From: a phage | Sequence record: PZ151149.1 | Strand: one strand, 5' to 3' | Length of the DNA: 64,000 nt | Shown: positions 51,404 to 61,528 of the stretch, one piece after another | Numbering within the stretch: position 1 is the first letter of the stretch | Layout of the letters: each line of letters starts with the position of its first letter | Position numbers and translations under genes: made by a program | Notes under the pieces: generated by a model | Told to the model about the DNA's origin: nothing | The model's database searches: none | What the model saw: the letters and a program-made list of their open reading frames with translations, nothing else

Positions 51404-51431
51404 ATTATAGGCATCTAAATAGCTCTGTCAA
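51404..51431 (-). promoter_or_regulatory. sigma70-like promoter (TTGACA-N16-TATAAT) for the module downstream of hoc
   Basis: Consensus hexamers on minus strand right after the hoc terminator. Confidence 0.55.
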
Positions 51432-51451
51432 GCACTAAAAACAAAAAAGCC

Positions 51452-51476
51452 ACCCCGAAGGATGGCTGATAGATTT
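51452..51476 (-). terminator. rho-independent terminator after hoc
   Basis: Hairpin AGCCATCC-TTCG-GGGTGGCT then TTTTTTGTTTTT on minus strand. Confidence 0.65.
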
Positions 51477-51478
51477 CA

Positions 51479-52693
51479 TTAAGCAGGATGCGTTTCACGA
51501 ATGCATAGAACTCGCTCTAACGTATCTCGGTCCAGTTTATGTAAATCTTTGGAATGATACATGAAACCATTGCGAGATTCCATGCAAGTGCAATCACTAT
51601 ATTTTTCTTCCGCTGCCGCGATTGTCTCCAGATCTTTGGCGTACTTGCTGGTAGAATAAACTTCTCGGTCACGCCACTCTAACCCAGCCTCATTGAATTT
51701 AACAATCTCGTCAAATACCCACCATCCAATGTAGATAAATGAAGTTTTGCGCCACGGGATCGGGTGTACGTAACGAAACATTTTAACAACTTCAATGGAA
51801 CATTTTCTGCTTGTACTTGCTGCAACTTCTACTGTTTCATTTTCGATCTGTTGATATAGTTTAGCAACACACCAGAATTTGGCTGTGTCATCGTAAGTAG
51901 CACTCTCTTTGAACAGATGACCGTCTGGAGTGATAGAAAATCCTTCCAGTTCTTCGCCGTCCTCACTACCGATTAGAGTCGGTGACAGTTGCCCTTCGCG
52001 CTGCAAATACCAGTTATGTTTGATCGTCAATTCAGGCATACCGCTAGAATCGCCTACAATGTCCTCTGACACAACATAATTAAGTAAGATCTCATTACCT
52101 AGTGCCACGGTCTTTGATTCCACCACATCCTGATCTACGTTCATTGTTGCCAGCATGATTTTAGTCGATGCGCTATTGGCTGAATTTTCCGACTCACCCC
52201 ACACTTTTACAGTATACACGCCGTTTTTATCTGCTGTAAATTTTTGGATTGTAGTATTCTGTTTTGTGTCTATAACTTCTTCGCCCTTACTCCAACTATA
52301 ATGTAGTTCATAGTTGTCTGCTGGAGTCTTCCCACCCGAAAATTTTACTGTTGCATGTAATTCTACGTCTTTTTGTGATGATACGTAGAAATGCGGCGGT
52401 TCGGTGATATTTACGATTAATTCCGCTTCTTCCATGAGGAAAACTTCAGATTCTACTGATTCCGTCGTATCGGTATCTTGTACCGTTACTTTATAGCTAC
52501 CCGCATTTTCACTTGTTGCGCCTTCTACAGTTAGCGTAGCTGTGCTATTTTCATGCGGTTTGTCGTCTTTTGTCCATGTATATGTCAAATTGCTGGGTAA
52601 TGGTTCGTCACCCTCTACAGTCGCCGTTAAGGTGAAACCATCGCCAGCAAGAAAACATCTTTTGTCAGATTTAATTGATACTGTGAAAGCCAT
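51479..52693 (-). CDS. hoc: Hoc-like outer capsid decoration protein with Ig-like domains
   Basis: Repeated Ig-like segments (YTWTKDDKP...ATLTVEGATSENAGSYKVTV); position after gene 24 as in T4; terminator immediately downstream. Confidence 0.65.
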   Translation of the reverse strand: MAFTVSIKSDKRCFLAGDGFTLTATVEGDEPLPSNLTYTWTKDDKPHENSTATLTVEGATSENAGSYKVTVQDTDTTESVESEVFLMEEAELIVNITEPPHFYVSSQKDVELHATVKFSGGKTPADNYELHYSWSKGEEVIDTKQNTTIQKFTADKNGVYTVKVWGESENSANSASTKIMLATMNVDQDVVESKTVALGNEILLNYVVSEDIVGDSSGMPELTIKHNWYLQREGQLSPTLIGSEDGEELEGFSITPDGHLFKESATYDDTAKFWCVAKLYQQIENETVEVAASTSRKCSIEVVKMFRYVHPIPWRKTSFIYIGWWVFDEIVKFNEAGLEWRDREVYSTSKYAKDLETIAAAEEKYSDCTCMESRNGFMYHSKDLHKLDRDTLERVLCIRETHPA

Positions 52694-52788
52694 ATAAAGC
52701 CACTCCCATAGAAAATCCGAATTTAATTAATTGAAATAGTTGATTGCCATCAACCAGATAACCATTGCGAGATTCTAATACATGAGTA

Positions 52789-52953
52789 TTAGAATAGTGA
52801 TGCAACGAGGCCGAAATAGTATCGATCTCGTCTGGGTATTTGTTCTGCTATAAAGTCTGCTGTACTCACAACAATCTTTAACAGAAGTGGATGACCAACG
52901 GAGCCATAAACCGGACCTTCTGTTTGATGCAATACATTGATTTTGTTAGACAT
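52789..52953 (-). CDS. hypothetical protein (54 aa)
   Basis: ORF with GAGGA RBS. Confidence 0.35.
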   Translation of the reverse strand: MSNKINVLHQTEGPVYGSVGHPLLLKIVVSTADFIAEQIPRRDRYYFGLVASLF

Positions 52954-53032
52954 GTAGTATCCTCTTTTTAATTGCATAACGGAACTACAATTAAAATTAT
53001 AACAAATATTTCACAACTTTTATCACCCAAAA

Positions 53033-53758
53033 TTACTTGAGTGTGTGGAATTGGCTATGTTTAGTCTCTCGCACCTTGACAGACCCATCGCGTTTGATAT
53101 AATAGATCAGTGACTTGAGGGTGTCGTGTACATACGCGTGCGGGAAACGCTCTGGATACTTCTTCCAATCTGGAGTATTAACGATCCAGTCGAAGATCCA
53201 CCACGGGCAGGAGTAGTAACCACGACCGCCACCGATCAAGCAAATGGTCGGACGGAAGCCAGTAAGATCGCAAAATGAATCAGTGTCATGTGCGGGGGGA
53301 CGATGTTCTGCTTCGTCAGAGAAAATGTTTGCTACCGGAGATTCCACTTTAACTTCCGGTGCTTCTTCAACATCTGACTTAACTTCTTCAACCACTGGTT
53401 CAACTGTTGGAGATTCTTCTTTTGTTTCTTCAATGACGATCTCAGGTTCTTTCATTGCTTCAACCAGAGACGGGTCAACTTCGTCGAATACCACTTTATC
53501 ATCTGCGGTGTCTGTTGCCAGAATAAGATCGTTAATACTGGTTCCTTCTGCCGGAGTTTCTTCTTCCATTTCGGAAGCCAGTTTAGTTAATTCGGTTTCT
53601 ACGAACTCGATCATGTTCTCTAGTGATAAAGTCTTTTTGACCTTAATATCAAATTGTTTTGCGTAGTCCGCTAATTCTGTTTTAGCTGTTTTCTGTGCTT
53701 CTTTGTCGTCGGACGCCGCAATAGCGCGGAGTTCTTCGAAATATTCTTTATCAAACAT
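53033..53758 (-). CDS. hypothetical acidic protein (241 aa), at the T4 inh position
   Basis: ORF, Glu-rich central region, Trp-rich C-terminal domain; homology to Inh not verified. Confidence 0.5.
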   Translation of the reverse strand: MFDKEYFEELRAIAASDDKEAQKTAKTELADYAKQFDIKVKKTLSLENMIEFVETELTKLASEMEEETPAEGTSINDLILATDTADDKVVFDEVDPSLVEAMKEPEIVIEETKEESPTVEPVVEEVKSDVEEAPEVKVESPVANIFSDEAEHRPPAHDTDSFCDLTGFRPTICLIGGGRGYYSCPWWIFDWIVNTPDWKKYPERFPHAYVHDTLKSLIYYIKRDGSVKVRETKHSQFHTLK

Positions 53759-53784
53759 GTTATTCTCCTGATTGGGGGTGTTTG

Positions 53785-53792
53785 TATAAATA
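53785..53792 (+). promoter_or_regulatory. T4-type late promoter TATAAATA upstream of uvsW
   Basis: Exact TATAAATA 37 nt before ATG. Confidence 0.55.
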
Positions 53793-53828
53793 TTTGTATA
53801 CTGTATTTATTGAGTGAGGCTATTCGCT

Positions 53829-55331
53829 ATGCAAGATATTAAAATTCACTTTCTGAACTATTCCCATGTTCAAATTGAATGTAGCGATTCAATTTTATTA
53901 GAAATGCGAGATTATTTTAGTTTTGAAGTCGAGGGAGCAAGATTTCAAAAACGAGTAAAATACGGCGGCTGGGATGGGCGTATTCGTCTTTTAGACTACA
54001 ACGGAAAGTTGCCAATCGGCCTAACTAAAACCGTTGGCATCTTCGCTAAAAATATGGGTTATTCTGTATGGGTAGATCCTCGCTTATTCGAAAAAGAACA
54101 GGTTACAGAAGAAGAGATCACAAAATGGTGTAACGACTTGGAATTATATTCCGGTGCTAACAGGATCACCCCGCACTGGTATCAATCAAAGGCTGTCTTT
54201 GAAGGTATTCATCATAAACGCCGTATGTTAGTTTTGCCTACGTCCGCTGGTAAATCTGCAATTGCTTGTATGTTGTCTCGCTGGTACTTAGAGAACTACG
54301 AAGGGAAAGTGCTGATCATCGTTCCTACCACGTCGCTAGTGCTGCAAATGCGTGATGATTTTGTTGATTATCGCCAGTTTCCGTATGAAGCAATTCATAC
54401 TATCATGAGCGGTACTAGTAAACACGTAGGTGATCGCCTGATCGTTGTTAGTACGTGGCAATCAGCATGTAAACAGCCGAGTGAATGGTTCCAGCAATTT
54501 GGGATGGTTATTGTTGATGAATGTCACAAGGCCACTGCTAAAAACCTGCTAAACATCGTTACTGATATGGATCATTGCCAGTTTAAGATCGGTATGACTG
54601 GTTCCCCTCGTGACGGGAAAGCTAACATGATGCAGTATGTCGGTCTTTTCGGTGATATTTCTAAGATCGTGAGTATTGACCGCCTGATGGAAGAAGGTCA
54701 AGTGACGAAACTGAAAATCAACTGTCTTTTCCTTCGTTATACCGATGAGGAATGTAGCTCGGTTAAGGGTAAAGAATATGCGGAAGAGATCAAGTATATT
54801 ACGTCTAACCCACGACGTAATAAGTTTGCTTGTAATTTGGCGCTAAAACTCGCTAAGAAGGGCGAAAACGTATTCCTGATGTTCCGCAATACTAAGCACG
54901 GAAAACTTATGTATGACGCGTTACAGAAGGTACACGACAAGGTTTATTATATTGACGGTGGAGTTAAGACAGAAGAACGTGATGAATTTAAGAAATTAGC
55001 GGAAGGGGAAACAGGGATCATTTGCGTTGCATCCTATGGTGTGTTCTCTACTGGTGTTTCAATTAAGAATTTGCACCATGTTATTTTCGGTCATCCAGTG
55101 AAGGAATCAACTATCGTTCGTCAGAGTATCGGTCGTGCATTGCGTAAACATGGTTCTAAGGATATTGCAACGGTCTGGGATCTTATCGATCATTTGGCGG
55201 TTAAGACAAAGAGCAAGAATGCTAAGAAACAGTTTAGCCACCTTAATTATGCTCTTAAACATGCCCTTGAAAGAATAAAAATTTACAACACAGATCGATT
55301 CGAATATGTCACGAAAACAATCGAGATTTAA
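53829..55331 (+). CDS. uvsW: UvsW DNA/RNA helicase
   Basis: Strong match to T4 UvsW (MQDIKIHF, PTSAGKS, IVDECHKA, IATVWDLID); late promoter upstream. Confidence 0.95.
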   Translation: MQDIKIHFLNYSHVQIECSDSILLEMRDYFSFEVEGARFQKRVKYGGWDGRIRLLDYNGKLPIGLTKTVGIFAKNMGYSVWVDPRLFEKEQVTEEEITKWCNDLELYSGANRITPHWYQSKAVFEGIHHKRRMLVLPTSAGKSAIACMLSRWYLENYEGKVLIIVPTTSLVLQMRDDFVDYRQFPYEAIHTIMSGTSKHVGDRLIVVSTWQSACKQPSEWFQQFGMVIVDECHKATAKNLLNIVTDMDHCQFKIGMTGSPRDGKANMMQYVGLFGDISKIVSIDRLMEEGQVTKLKINCLFLRYTDEECSSVKGKEYAEEIKYITSNPRRNKFACNLALKLAKKGENVFLMFRNTKHGKLMYDALQKVHDKVYYIDGGVKTEERDEFKKLAEGETGIICVASYGVFSTGVSIKNLHHVIFGHPVKESTIVRQSIGRALRKHGSKDIATVWDLIDHLAVKTKSKNAKKQFSHLNYALKHALERIKIYNTDRFEYVTKTIEI

Positions 55332-55333
55332 TA

Positions 55334-55360
55334 AATAGGGGCTTTAATGCCCCTTTATTC
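55334..55360 (+). terminator. rho-independent terminator after uvsW
   Basis: Hairpin AGGGGC-TTTAAT-GCCCCT then TTATTCT. Confidence 0.5.
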
Positions 55361-55374
55361 TACGGAGATTAAAA

Positions 55375-55611
55375 ATGATTAGCTTTAAACGTTTTTTGGT
55401 TGAGGCCGCTATTGACGGTTTTATGAGTAAGATTTATTCTTGTAATACTATCGAGGGATTAAATGAACTTGAGGCATATTATGAGAAGCGCAAGAAAGAA
55501 ACAGAATTGAAACCTGCTGATGATATTTCGATCCGTGATGCCATCGCTGGACGCCGTAAGCAACTGGAAGCGGACAACGAGCCAGAAGAGGAGCCGGAAG
55601 AGGATTTTTAA
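55375..55611 (+). CDS. uvsW.1: UvsW.1-like protein
   Basis: 78 aa ORF directly after uvsW as in T4 (UvsW.1 is 76 aa). Confidence 0.75.
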   Translation: MISFKRFLVEAAIDGFMSKIYSCNTIEGLNELEAYYEKRKKETELKPADDISIRDAIAGRRKQLEADNEPEEEPEEDF

Positions 55612-55616
55612 GATAT

Positions 55617-55645
55617 AAAAAAGCCCCATCAATGATGGGGCAAAA
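55617..55645 (-). terminator. rho-independent terminator at the convergence of uvsW.1 and the uvsY operon
   Basis: Hairpin GCCCCATC-AATG-ATGGGGC; T-run on the minus strand. Confidence 0.55.
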
Positions 55646-55679
55646 TAAACCAATTAAAATCGGTTATCAACAAATTACA

Positions 55680-55851
55680 TTAACAGCATTGTTTGCTCTA
55701 CGAGTTGTTCTTGTTCTTCGCCGTTCGCATCTTCACTAATCGAACGTTCTGTTACTAGCTGTAAGCAGTAGCCAGTGTGAACAACGCCGTTTTCTGTCTG
55801 GACGGCTAACGCATCCTCGACAGGTTGTTTACAACAAATACAGATTTTCAT
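55680..55851 (-). CDS. small Cys-rich protein (57 aa)
   Basis: Minus-strand ORF MKICICCKQPVEDALAVQTENGVVHTGYCLQ...; C..CC...HTGYC suggests metal binding; below track size cutoff. Confidence 0.4.
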
Positions 55852-55872
55852 AAAAATTCCTCCTGCATGTAT

Positions 55873-56280
55873 TTAGCGACCAGATTCCAGCATACGCAAT
55901 TCTATAGCATTCTTGATCGCAAAGCCACGAGATTTAACGATATCAAGTGCGCGACCAGCAAAGTCCATTACCATCTGGTAATATGCAATTTTCGTATCAA
56001 GCGGTAAGATCTCGTCGTCTGCTGCCATGACAACTTTCAATTCTGATTTCTCATATTCAGCGCGACACCAGTCATCACTACGGTTAGTGTAAAAGTCAAG
56101 ACGATTTTTCATAGCCTTTTTCTTTTTAGCCTCAAGAGCAATCGTCTCTCTTTTCGCCTCGCTGTAAATCCTTAACCACTTTGAGTATACTACCGGATTA
56201 TTCAGCGCCTCCCATTGCAACTTAGTTGCATCGATCTTCATGTCAGCTTCTAATTGTTCTTTCAAATCGTTTAGGTCCAT
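55873..56280 (-). CDS. uvsY: recombination mediator UvsY
   Basis: Match to T4 UvsY along the length (KSRGFAIK, YSKWL). Confidence 0.9.
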   Translation of the reverse strand: MDLNDLKEQLEADMKIDATKLQWEALNNPVVYSKWLRIYSEAKRETIALEAKKKKAMKNRLDFYTNRSDDWCRAEYEKSELKVVMAADDEILPLDTKIAYYQMVMDFAGRALDIVKSRGFAIKNAIELRMLESGR

Positions 56281-56327
56281 AATATCCCCTTATTCACACT
56301 AAGACCTATATCATATCACACACAAAA

Positions 56328-56714
56328 TCACTTTGCAAGTCTTATGCGTAGTTGTTCAAGATCATCTGGGTTATCTATTACTGAAAAGTAGATTGATACT
56401 ATGATTGAGTTATCGTCGTACTGCGGAGTTACTTCTACTGTCAGGTTTCGGACCCGTGGTTCATAGTTTCGGATCGCCTCATTAATGTTTTTTGATAAGG
56501 TATCCACTGTCAGTGGGTTCATGTTCTCAAACAGTGATTTATTGAGATCGCATCCAAACAGTGGATCAAATGGACGAGATCCCTTGCGAGTAGTCACGAT
56601 CAGTAGAATAGAATCCTTAACCGCTTTAATACCTATGTTCTTTTTAACGTCGTTATTCCACGATCTGGATATATTGAGATCCAAATCAGTATACATCTGA
56701 TTAATAGTTGCCAT
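56328..56714 (-). CDS. 25: baseplate wedge protein gp25
   Basis: Near-identical motifs to T4 gp25 (TTRKGSRPFDP.FGCDL, IRNYEPR, FSVIDNPDD); ATG at 56714. Confidence 0.95.
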   Translation of the reverse strand: MATINQMYTDLDLNISRSWNNDVKKNIGIKAVKDSILLIVTTRKGSRPFDPLFGCDLNKSLFENMNPLTVDTLSKNINEAIRNYEPRVRNLTVEVTPQYDDNSIIVSIYFSVIDNPDDLEQLRIRLAK

Positions 56715-56722
56715 GTTATACC

Positions 56723-57352
56723 TCAAAGAATTTTAAGGAAACTGGATAGACCTGATAATGAATATACACCAGATTCCCCGCATTCGCACTTGATCGGTAC
56801 TGCCAGCGTGATTTGATTTCTTGTTAGCTCGTCGATCACTTCTTCCACTTTATCCGTGGTAAGCATATCCAGCACGCGGTCAAAGTCCTGTGCGTTCAGG
56901 TCGTCTATATTGAATTGCTGATCGCCGATCACGATATATTCGATACATGCAATTACCATCTGCATAATATCAACATCTTCTGTAAACTTAGGTTGACGAA
57001 ATTTGATTTTTACTTGTCCTAAGTCCAGAATATACGGTTCAACTTCTGGTATCTGTGTGCGTGAAACATCAAGAGAGTATACTTTCTCTTTATTGCATAC
57101 ACCACACACCCAAGTAGCATCAATTTTCATCTTATTGAGGCTGTGACACCATAAGAGAAGAAAAATATATTCTGCTTCGCATTTCTCTAGCTCTAATGCA
57201 TTGATCCCCGTACATTCATGTATGATCTTTATAACAACCTCTGACAGCTTGCCAGTCTCTTTTGCTGCTACCAGTTTTTGAAATTCGCCGAAGGTGAAAG
57301 CACGGGCGTGTATCAACTTTTCGCCTAATTGGATCTTGAAAAAGTATTGCAT
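56723..57352 (-). CDS. 26: baseplate hub protein gp26
   Basis: Synteny, 209 aa (T4 208). Confidence 0.85.
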   Translation of the reverse strand: MQYFFKIQLGEKLIHARAFTFGEFQKLVAAKETGKLSEVVIKIIHECTGINALELEKCEAEYIFLLLWCHSLNKMKIDATWVCGVCNKEKVYSLDVSRTQIPEVEPYILDLGQVKIKFRQPKFTEDVDIMQMVIACIEYIVIGDQQFNIDDLNAQDFDRVLDMLTTDKVEEVIDELTRNQITLAVPIKCECGESGVYSLSGLSSFLKIL

Positions 57353-57394
57353 AATAAAACACCCTTTATAAACACATAGAATTATTTAGTATTT

Positions 57395-57402
57395 TATAAA
57401 TA
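57395..57402 (+). promoter_or_regulatory. T4-type late promoter TATAAATA upstream of gene 51
   Basis: Exact TATAAATA 21 nt before ATG. Confidence 0.55.
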
Positions 57403-57422
57403 CCCGAAAGGGGGATTATACC

Positions 57423-58193
57423 ATGAATATTATCCGAATAAAACTACCGGAAGGTGTGCAGAGATTTAAACCATTCACGGTAAAAGATTATAGAGATTTC
57501 CTTCTGGTGTCAACTGAAATTAAGATGAATCCAGAAGAAGAACAAACGATTCTGGATGAGCTATTAGAAGAAATATATCCAGACGTAGATCCGGCATTTC
57601 GTGAATATATTTTCCTGAATGTCTTTACTAGTTCAATTGGTAAAACTAAGATACCGCTTTGTTTTACTTGCCCGACTTGCAACAAAGAAAGAAAAATGTT
57701 GCTTAACTTACAGGTTGAAGCACTAAAACCAATCGTTCTAGAGGCCGCAGGGCTTAAAATAACTTTCCGGTATGTTAAACCATCAACCGACTATGCAAAA
57801 ACGTTTCTGGATGCGATAGAGCGTGTATCTGATGGTGTTAATGATTATCTATGGACTGAATTACCGGAAGAAGTTAGAGAACAGGTTATAGATTCAATCT
57901 CATTTGCTGAATTTGAAGAAGTTGTTAAGCAGATGCACACAATCAAGATCGAACAAAAGATATCTTGTTGTGAAAGTCATGACCTGAAATACATAGGTCT
58001 TCTTCCATTATTCAAATTGTTGTTGAATCCAGATGAGTTATTCATCTTTTATCGAATAAACCATCTATTGGCAAAATCAAATTATTCTATCAGTGATCTT
58101 ATGGACATGTTACCCGTCGAGAGAAACATTGCACTGACACTGGTCGAGAAAGACGTAAAAGAGGCAAACAATGCAAAGAACGGGGTTTCCTAA
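57423..58193 (+). CDS. 51: baseplate hub assembly protein gp51
   Basis: Synteny, size 256 aa, late promoter upstream. Confidence 0.8.
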   Translation: MNIIRIKLPEGVQRFKPFTVKDYRDFLLVSTEIKMNPEEEQTILDELLEEIYPDVDPAFREYIFLNVFTSSIGKTKIPLCFTCPTCNKERKMLLNLQVEALKPIVLEAAGLKITFRYVKPSTDYAKTFLDAIERVSDGVNDYLWTELPEEVREQVIDSISFAEFEEVVKQMHTIKIEQKISCCESHDLKYIGLLPLFKLLLNPDELFIFYRINHLLAKSNYSISDLMDMLPVERNIALTLVEKDVKEANNAKNGVS

Positions 58194-59280
58194 TGTCTCA
58201 ATAAAACTTTATCAGGATTATGAGGCATTTCTAAATCATCGCTTTATAGAATTGGGTGCTACCTTTGTTACAATGACTCTGCGTGATTCGATTCGTGGGG
58301 TGAACGAAGGATTGTTGCAATTCTATGATAATAAGGCGATGCATACAAAATTAAATGGACGAGAGATCATTCAGATTTCGCTATCCACTGCTAATACAGA
58401 TGAAGTGTTTAACCGAATCTATGGGATCTCTCATAGTAATGTAACGATTGACCAAAAATCTGACAACATTTTAACATTCCAGTTAAAGAGCTATCACGAA
58501 ACACTAAACCTTAAATTTTCTCGCTCATTAACAAATAACGCTGTTAATAACGTAACTAGCATGATCGATGCCATCTATAAGGAAGTTCCTTTATGGAAAC
58601 CTACTATAAAGGGTGATAACGTTGTTATTCCTCGTTGTCCGTGGGTTAGTACCATAAATGACTATATGGATTTTGTTAGGGCATACGGGCAAAGCGTAGA
58701 AACCGAGTCTTTCGTGTATTGCTGGGAAGATTTTGATGGTATAACGATCGCTGGACACGATACAATATTAAAAAATGAGCCAATACCAGCTATAATCTGT
58801 GAGCCTAGACTCATGGGGCAATTTATTGATATGTCGCCTAATCTGATGGTTTTTAATTTCGAGTGGCAGACTAAGAGCAATGCTAAAGTTAAAAATTCAT
58901 TTAGCAATGTGACATACACAACTATTGATTTTGTTACTAAGCAGTATAATAAAATTGTTGTTGGTAATGGGGATAATATTGCACACTTTGCTCATGGTGG
59001 CGCTTATGGTAATTTAACTTATAAGAATGCGTTTTTGGAAGGTTCTAAACTTGCCACAATAGAACAATATGATTCATATGCTACCGCAGTGTGTCACGGT
59101 AATTTTTCGTTGCGACCCGGTATTGTTATTCGATTCTTTGATGAGAAGCAACAAGCACGCAATGATTTTATTGTTGACGAAGTGGTGCATGAAATTAGCC
59201 GAGAGCAATCATTAACTCACCTGTATATGATCGGTAACAGCGAAGAATTACAGGAAGTCAAATTTGAAGGTAAGATATAA
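58171..59280 (+). CDS. 27: baseplate hub protein gp27
   Basis: Synteny, size 369 aa. Confidence 0.85.
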   Translation: MQRTGFPNVSIKLYQDYEAFLNHRFIELGATFVTMTLRDSIRGVNEGLLQFYDNKAMHTKLNGREIIQISLSTANTDEVFNRIYGISHSNVTIDQKSDNILTFQLKSYHETLNLKFSRSLTNNAVNNVTSMIDAIYKEVPLWKPTIKGDNVVIPRCPWVSTINDYMDFVRAYGQSVETESFVYCWEDFDGITIAGHDTILKNEPIPAIICEPRLMGQFIDMSPNLMVFNFEWQTKSNAKVKNSFSNVTYTTIDFVTKQYNKIVVGNGDNIAHFAHGGAYGNLTYKNAFLEGSKLATIEQYDSYATAVCHGNFSLRPGIVIRFFDEKQQARNDFIVDEVVHEISREQSLTHLYMIGNSEELQEVKFEGKI

Positions 59281-59798
59281 TGACAGAAACTAAACCTATG
59301 TTAAAATTTGTTGTTCCTGTAAAAAAATTAGAGATAAACGGGAAACATATCAAGATCCCAAAAATGGGGATTAAGCAACATCGATTATTAAAAGATGTTC
59401 GTAGCTGTGATGAAACATTAAAGATTCTTCTTGATTCAATCTGTCCTGGGTTAAACGCTGCCGAGTCTGAATTGGTTATGCTTAACCTTTGTGCGTTTAA
59501 TGGTAAGTGTCTGGAAGAAAAAGATGGTCTTAAGCTGTCTGATGTGTATATTTGTACAGAGACTGAATTTACTTTAAATGGTAAAGTCTTTAAATTTAAA
59601 AATCCAATGTATACTTCTGACCCCATTATCGATGACGCTGATTTCTTGAGTCATCATTATCACGGTCCTAGCGTAGACTTCCATGATTTCCCAGCTTTTA
59701 TTATGGATTGGGCTACAGGATTAAGAAAAACTATTGCACTGGATACACCGGAAGGTACTATCTATGGTGGAATTAACATATTGGATCGCCTATCATGA
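59280..59798 (+). CDS. 28: baseplate hub distal protein gp28
   Basis: Synteny, size 172 aa (T4 177). Confidence 0.8.
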   Translation: MTETKPMLKFVVPVKKLEINGKHIKIPKMGIKQHRLLKDVRSCDETLKILLDSICPGLNAAESELVMLNLCAFNGKCLEEKDGLKLSDVYICTETEFTLNGKVFKFKNPMYTSDPIIDDADFLSHHYHGPSVDFHDFPAFIMDWATGLRKTIALDTPEGTIYGGINILDRLS

Positions 59799-61528
59799 AT
59801 GACGCATTAACATCATTTCGCGGGATGCGCAAGGAAGCGGAAGAAAACCCGATTGATAAACTTAACAAATTAGATAAACTTGATTCTATTGATAATTTGC
59901 AAGCCGCTACCGAATTGGTAGCGGAGACAGTAGAACAAAAATCTAATGAAGTTGTTGGAGCGGTAGAGGATAACACCGCAGCCAATGAATTGACGGCAGA
60001 AAATACACAATCTACCGCTGGCAATACCCAAAAAACTTATGAAGAATTGCAAAAACTCAATAATTTCTCTTCTCAGATGAATGAGAAATTACGTGGTTTT
60101 GGTGTTATGATGGAACGTAGATTTGGTGTTGTCAGTAAAATGGCTAGCGGTATTGGTGCGATTGAAGAAGCACTGAAAAAACCGGAACAACCGCAAACAA
60201 TGCCATCACCTCAGCCAGTTTTGCCTACTGTACCGGAACAGCCTAATAATGACAACTATCAAGGTCTTCCAAAGAAAAAACCAGATGTTGATGACCGAAA
60301 GAAAAAGAACGCCACAGATAAGCGTAATGCGGATTCTATGGAAAATCTTCTTAAAGTTGTTCGTGGAGGATTTAAAGAAACCATAAGTATCTCTAATAAG
60401 GTCTTAGGGATGTTATTTAAGATCACTTTGACCGCTATGGCAGAAGCCGCAAAATGGGGTGCTATTTTGATGGGTATTGTTTTTGTCATTGATACCCTGA
60501 TGGTTCATTTCAGATATTGGAGTGATTTATTCGAAACAAAATTCAATGAATTTATGGATAAGGCTGGAGGATGGGCTGGTCCTATTAGCGATATTTTAAC
60601 TACTGTTCGTCAGGTTCGAGATTATTGGTCTAAAGGCGAATATGGAGAGTTAATTAAATCTCTTGTTATGGGTATTGGTGATGCATTCTATAAAACCTTT
60701 ATCCAACTTGATCGAATTATCACTACGGGTATTGCTAAAATTCTTCGTATGATCCCTGGTATGGGTGATTATGCCGATAAGTTAGAATATGGTGCTTTAA
60801 AATCTGCTGTCGCTCAAGGCTATACGCCAAATGAAAGAGAACTCGAATTAATGGATAAGGTCGAGTCTGAACACGAAGAAGACAAATATGGAGAGCGTAC
60901 TGGTTGGACCGGAAAAGCCCGTGATATTGGCGAAGCTATTGGGGATTCTATTAAGGATAAAGTTAACGAAGGTCTTGTTAGTCTGGGTTGGCGAGATCAA
61001 AAGGATGTTGACGCAGAGAAACGACAAGAAGAATTAAAACGCGGGGAATACAAGTCTGTTTCTGCTGAACAACGATCTGCTAGTCGTAAACTTAGAATTA
61101 AAAGCGAGGGCGCGATCAATAATATTAATGAAGTTATGGAGAATTTGAGCGGTGACTATGACAAAGAAAGAATGGGAGAGTTGAAAAAGGATATTGATGT
61201 TTACCGTGAGCAAGTTCAAGATCCTACATTAGTTGAAAGTGATCGTTCTCAGTTAGAGCGTCTTATTGAAAAATTTGATGAGATGTATGCTGATAAAACT
61301 AAGGGTGTTGTGCAAACACAGCCGGTTCCTGCAACTGAAACGGAAACAGCAAAACAAGCGGAACGTACTGAACAAATGCAGAAACAAGCTGCAATCCAGC
61401 AACAAACGACAAATCAGACCTCAAACGTAAATAATACACAAATTGTAACAAACAATAGAACTATTAAACAGGGTGCACCAACAACTAGAATTGATGCCCC
61501 AGGTACAATTAATATGGGGAACTTTTAA
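59795..61528 (+). CDS. 29: tail length tape-measure / baseplate hub protein gp29
   Basis: Synteny, size 577 aa (T4 590). Confidence 0.85.
   Translation: MNDALTSFRGMRKEAEENPIDKLNKLDKLDSIDNLQAATELVAETVEQKSNEVVGAVEDNTAANELTAENTQSTAGNTQKTYEELQKLNNFSSQMNEKLRGFGVMMERRFGVVSKMASGIGAIEEALKKPEQPQTMPSPQPVLPTVPEQPNNDNYQGLPKKKPDVDDRKKKNATDKRNADSMENLLKVVRGGFKETISISNKVLGMLFKITLTAMAEAAKWGAILMGIVFVIDTLMVHFRYWSDLFETKFNEFMDKAGGWAGPISDILTTVRQVRDYWSKGEYGELIKSLVMGIGDAFYKTFIQLDRIITTGIAKILRMIPGMGDYADKLEYGALKSAVAQGYTPNERELELMDKVESEHEEDKYGERTGWTGKARDIGEAIGDSIKDKVNEGLVSLGWRDQKDVDAEKRQEELKRGEYKSVSAEQRSASRKLRIKSEGAINNINEVMENLSGDYDKERMGELKKDIDVYREQVQDPTLVESDRSQLERLIEKFDEMYADKTKGVVQTQPVPATETETAKQAERTEQMQKQAAIQQQTTNQTSNVNNTQIVTNNRTIKQGAPTTRIDAPGTINMGNF

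Noticed and set aside
53244-53666. 140-aa plus-strand Ser-rich ORF
   Set aside because: Antisense to the Glu-rich minus-strand gene 53033..53758; same compositional artefact.
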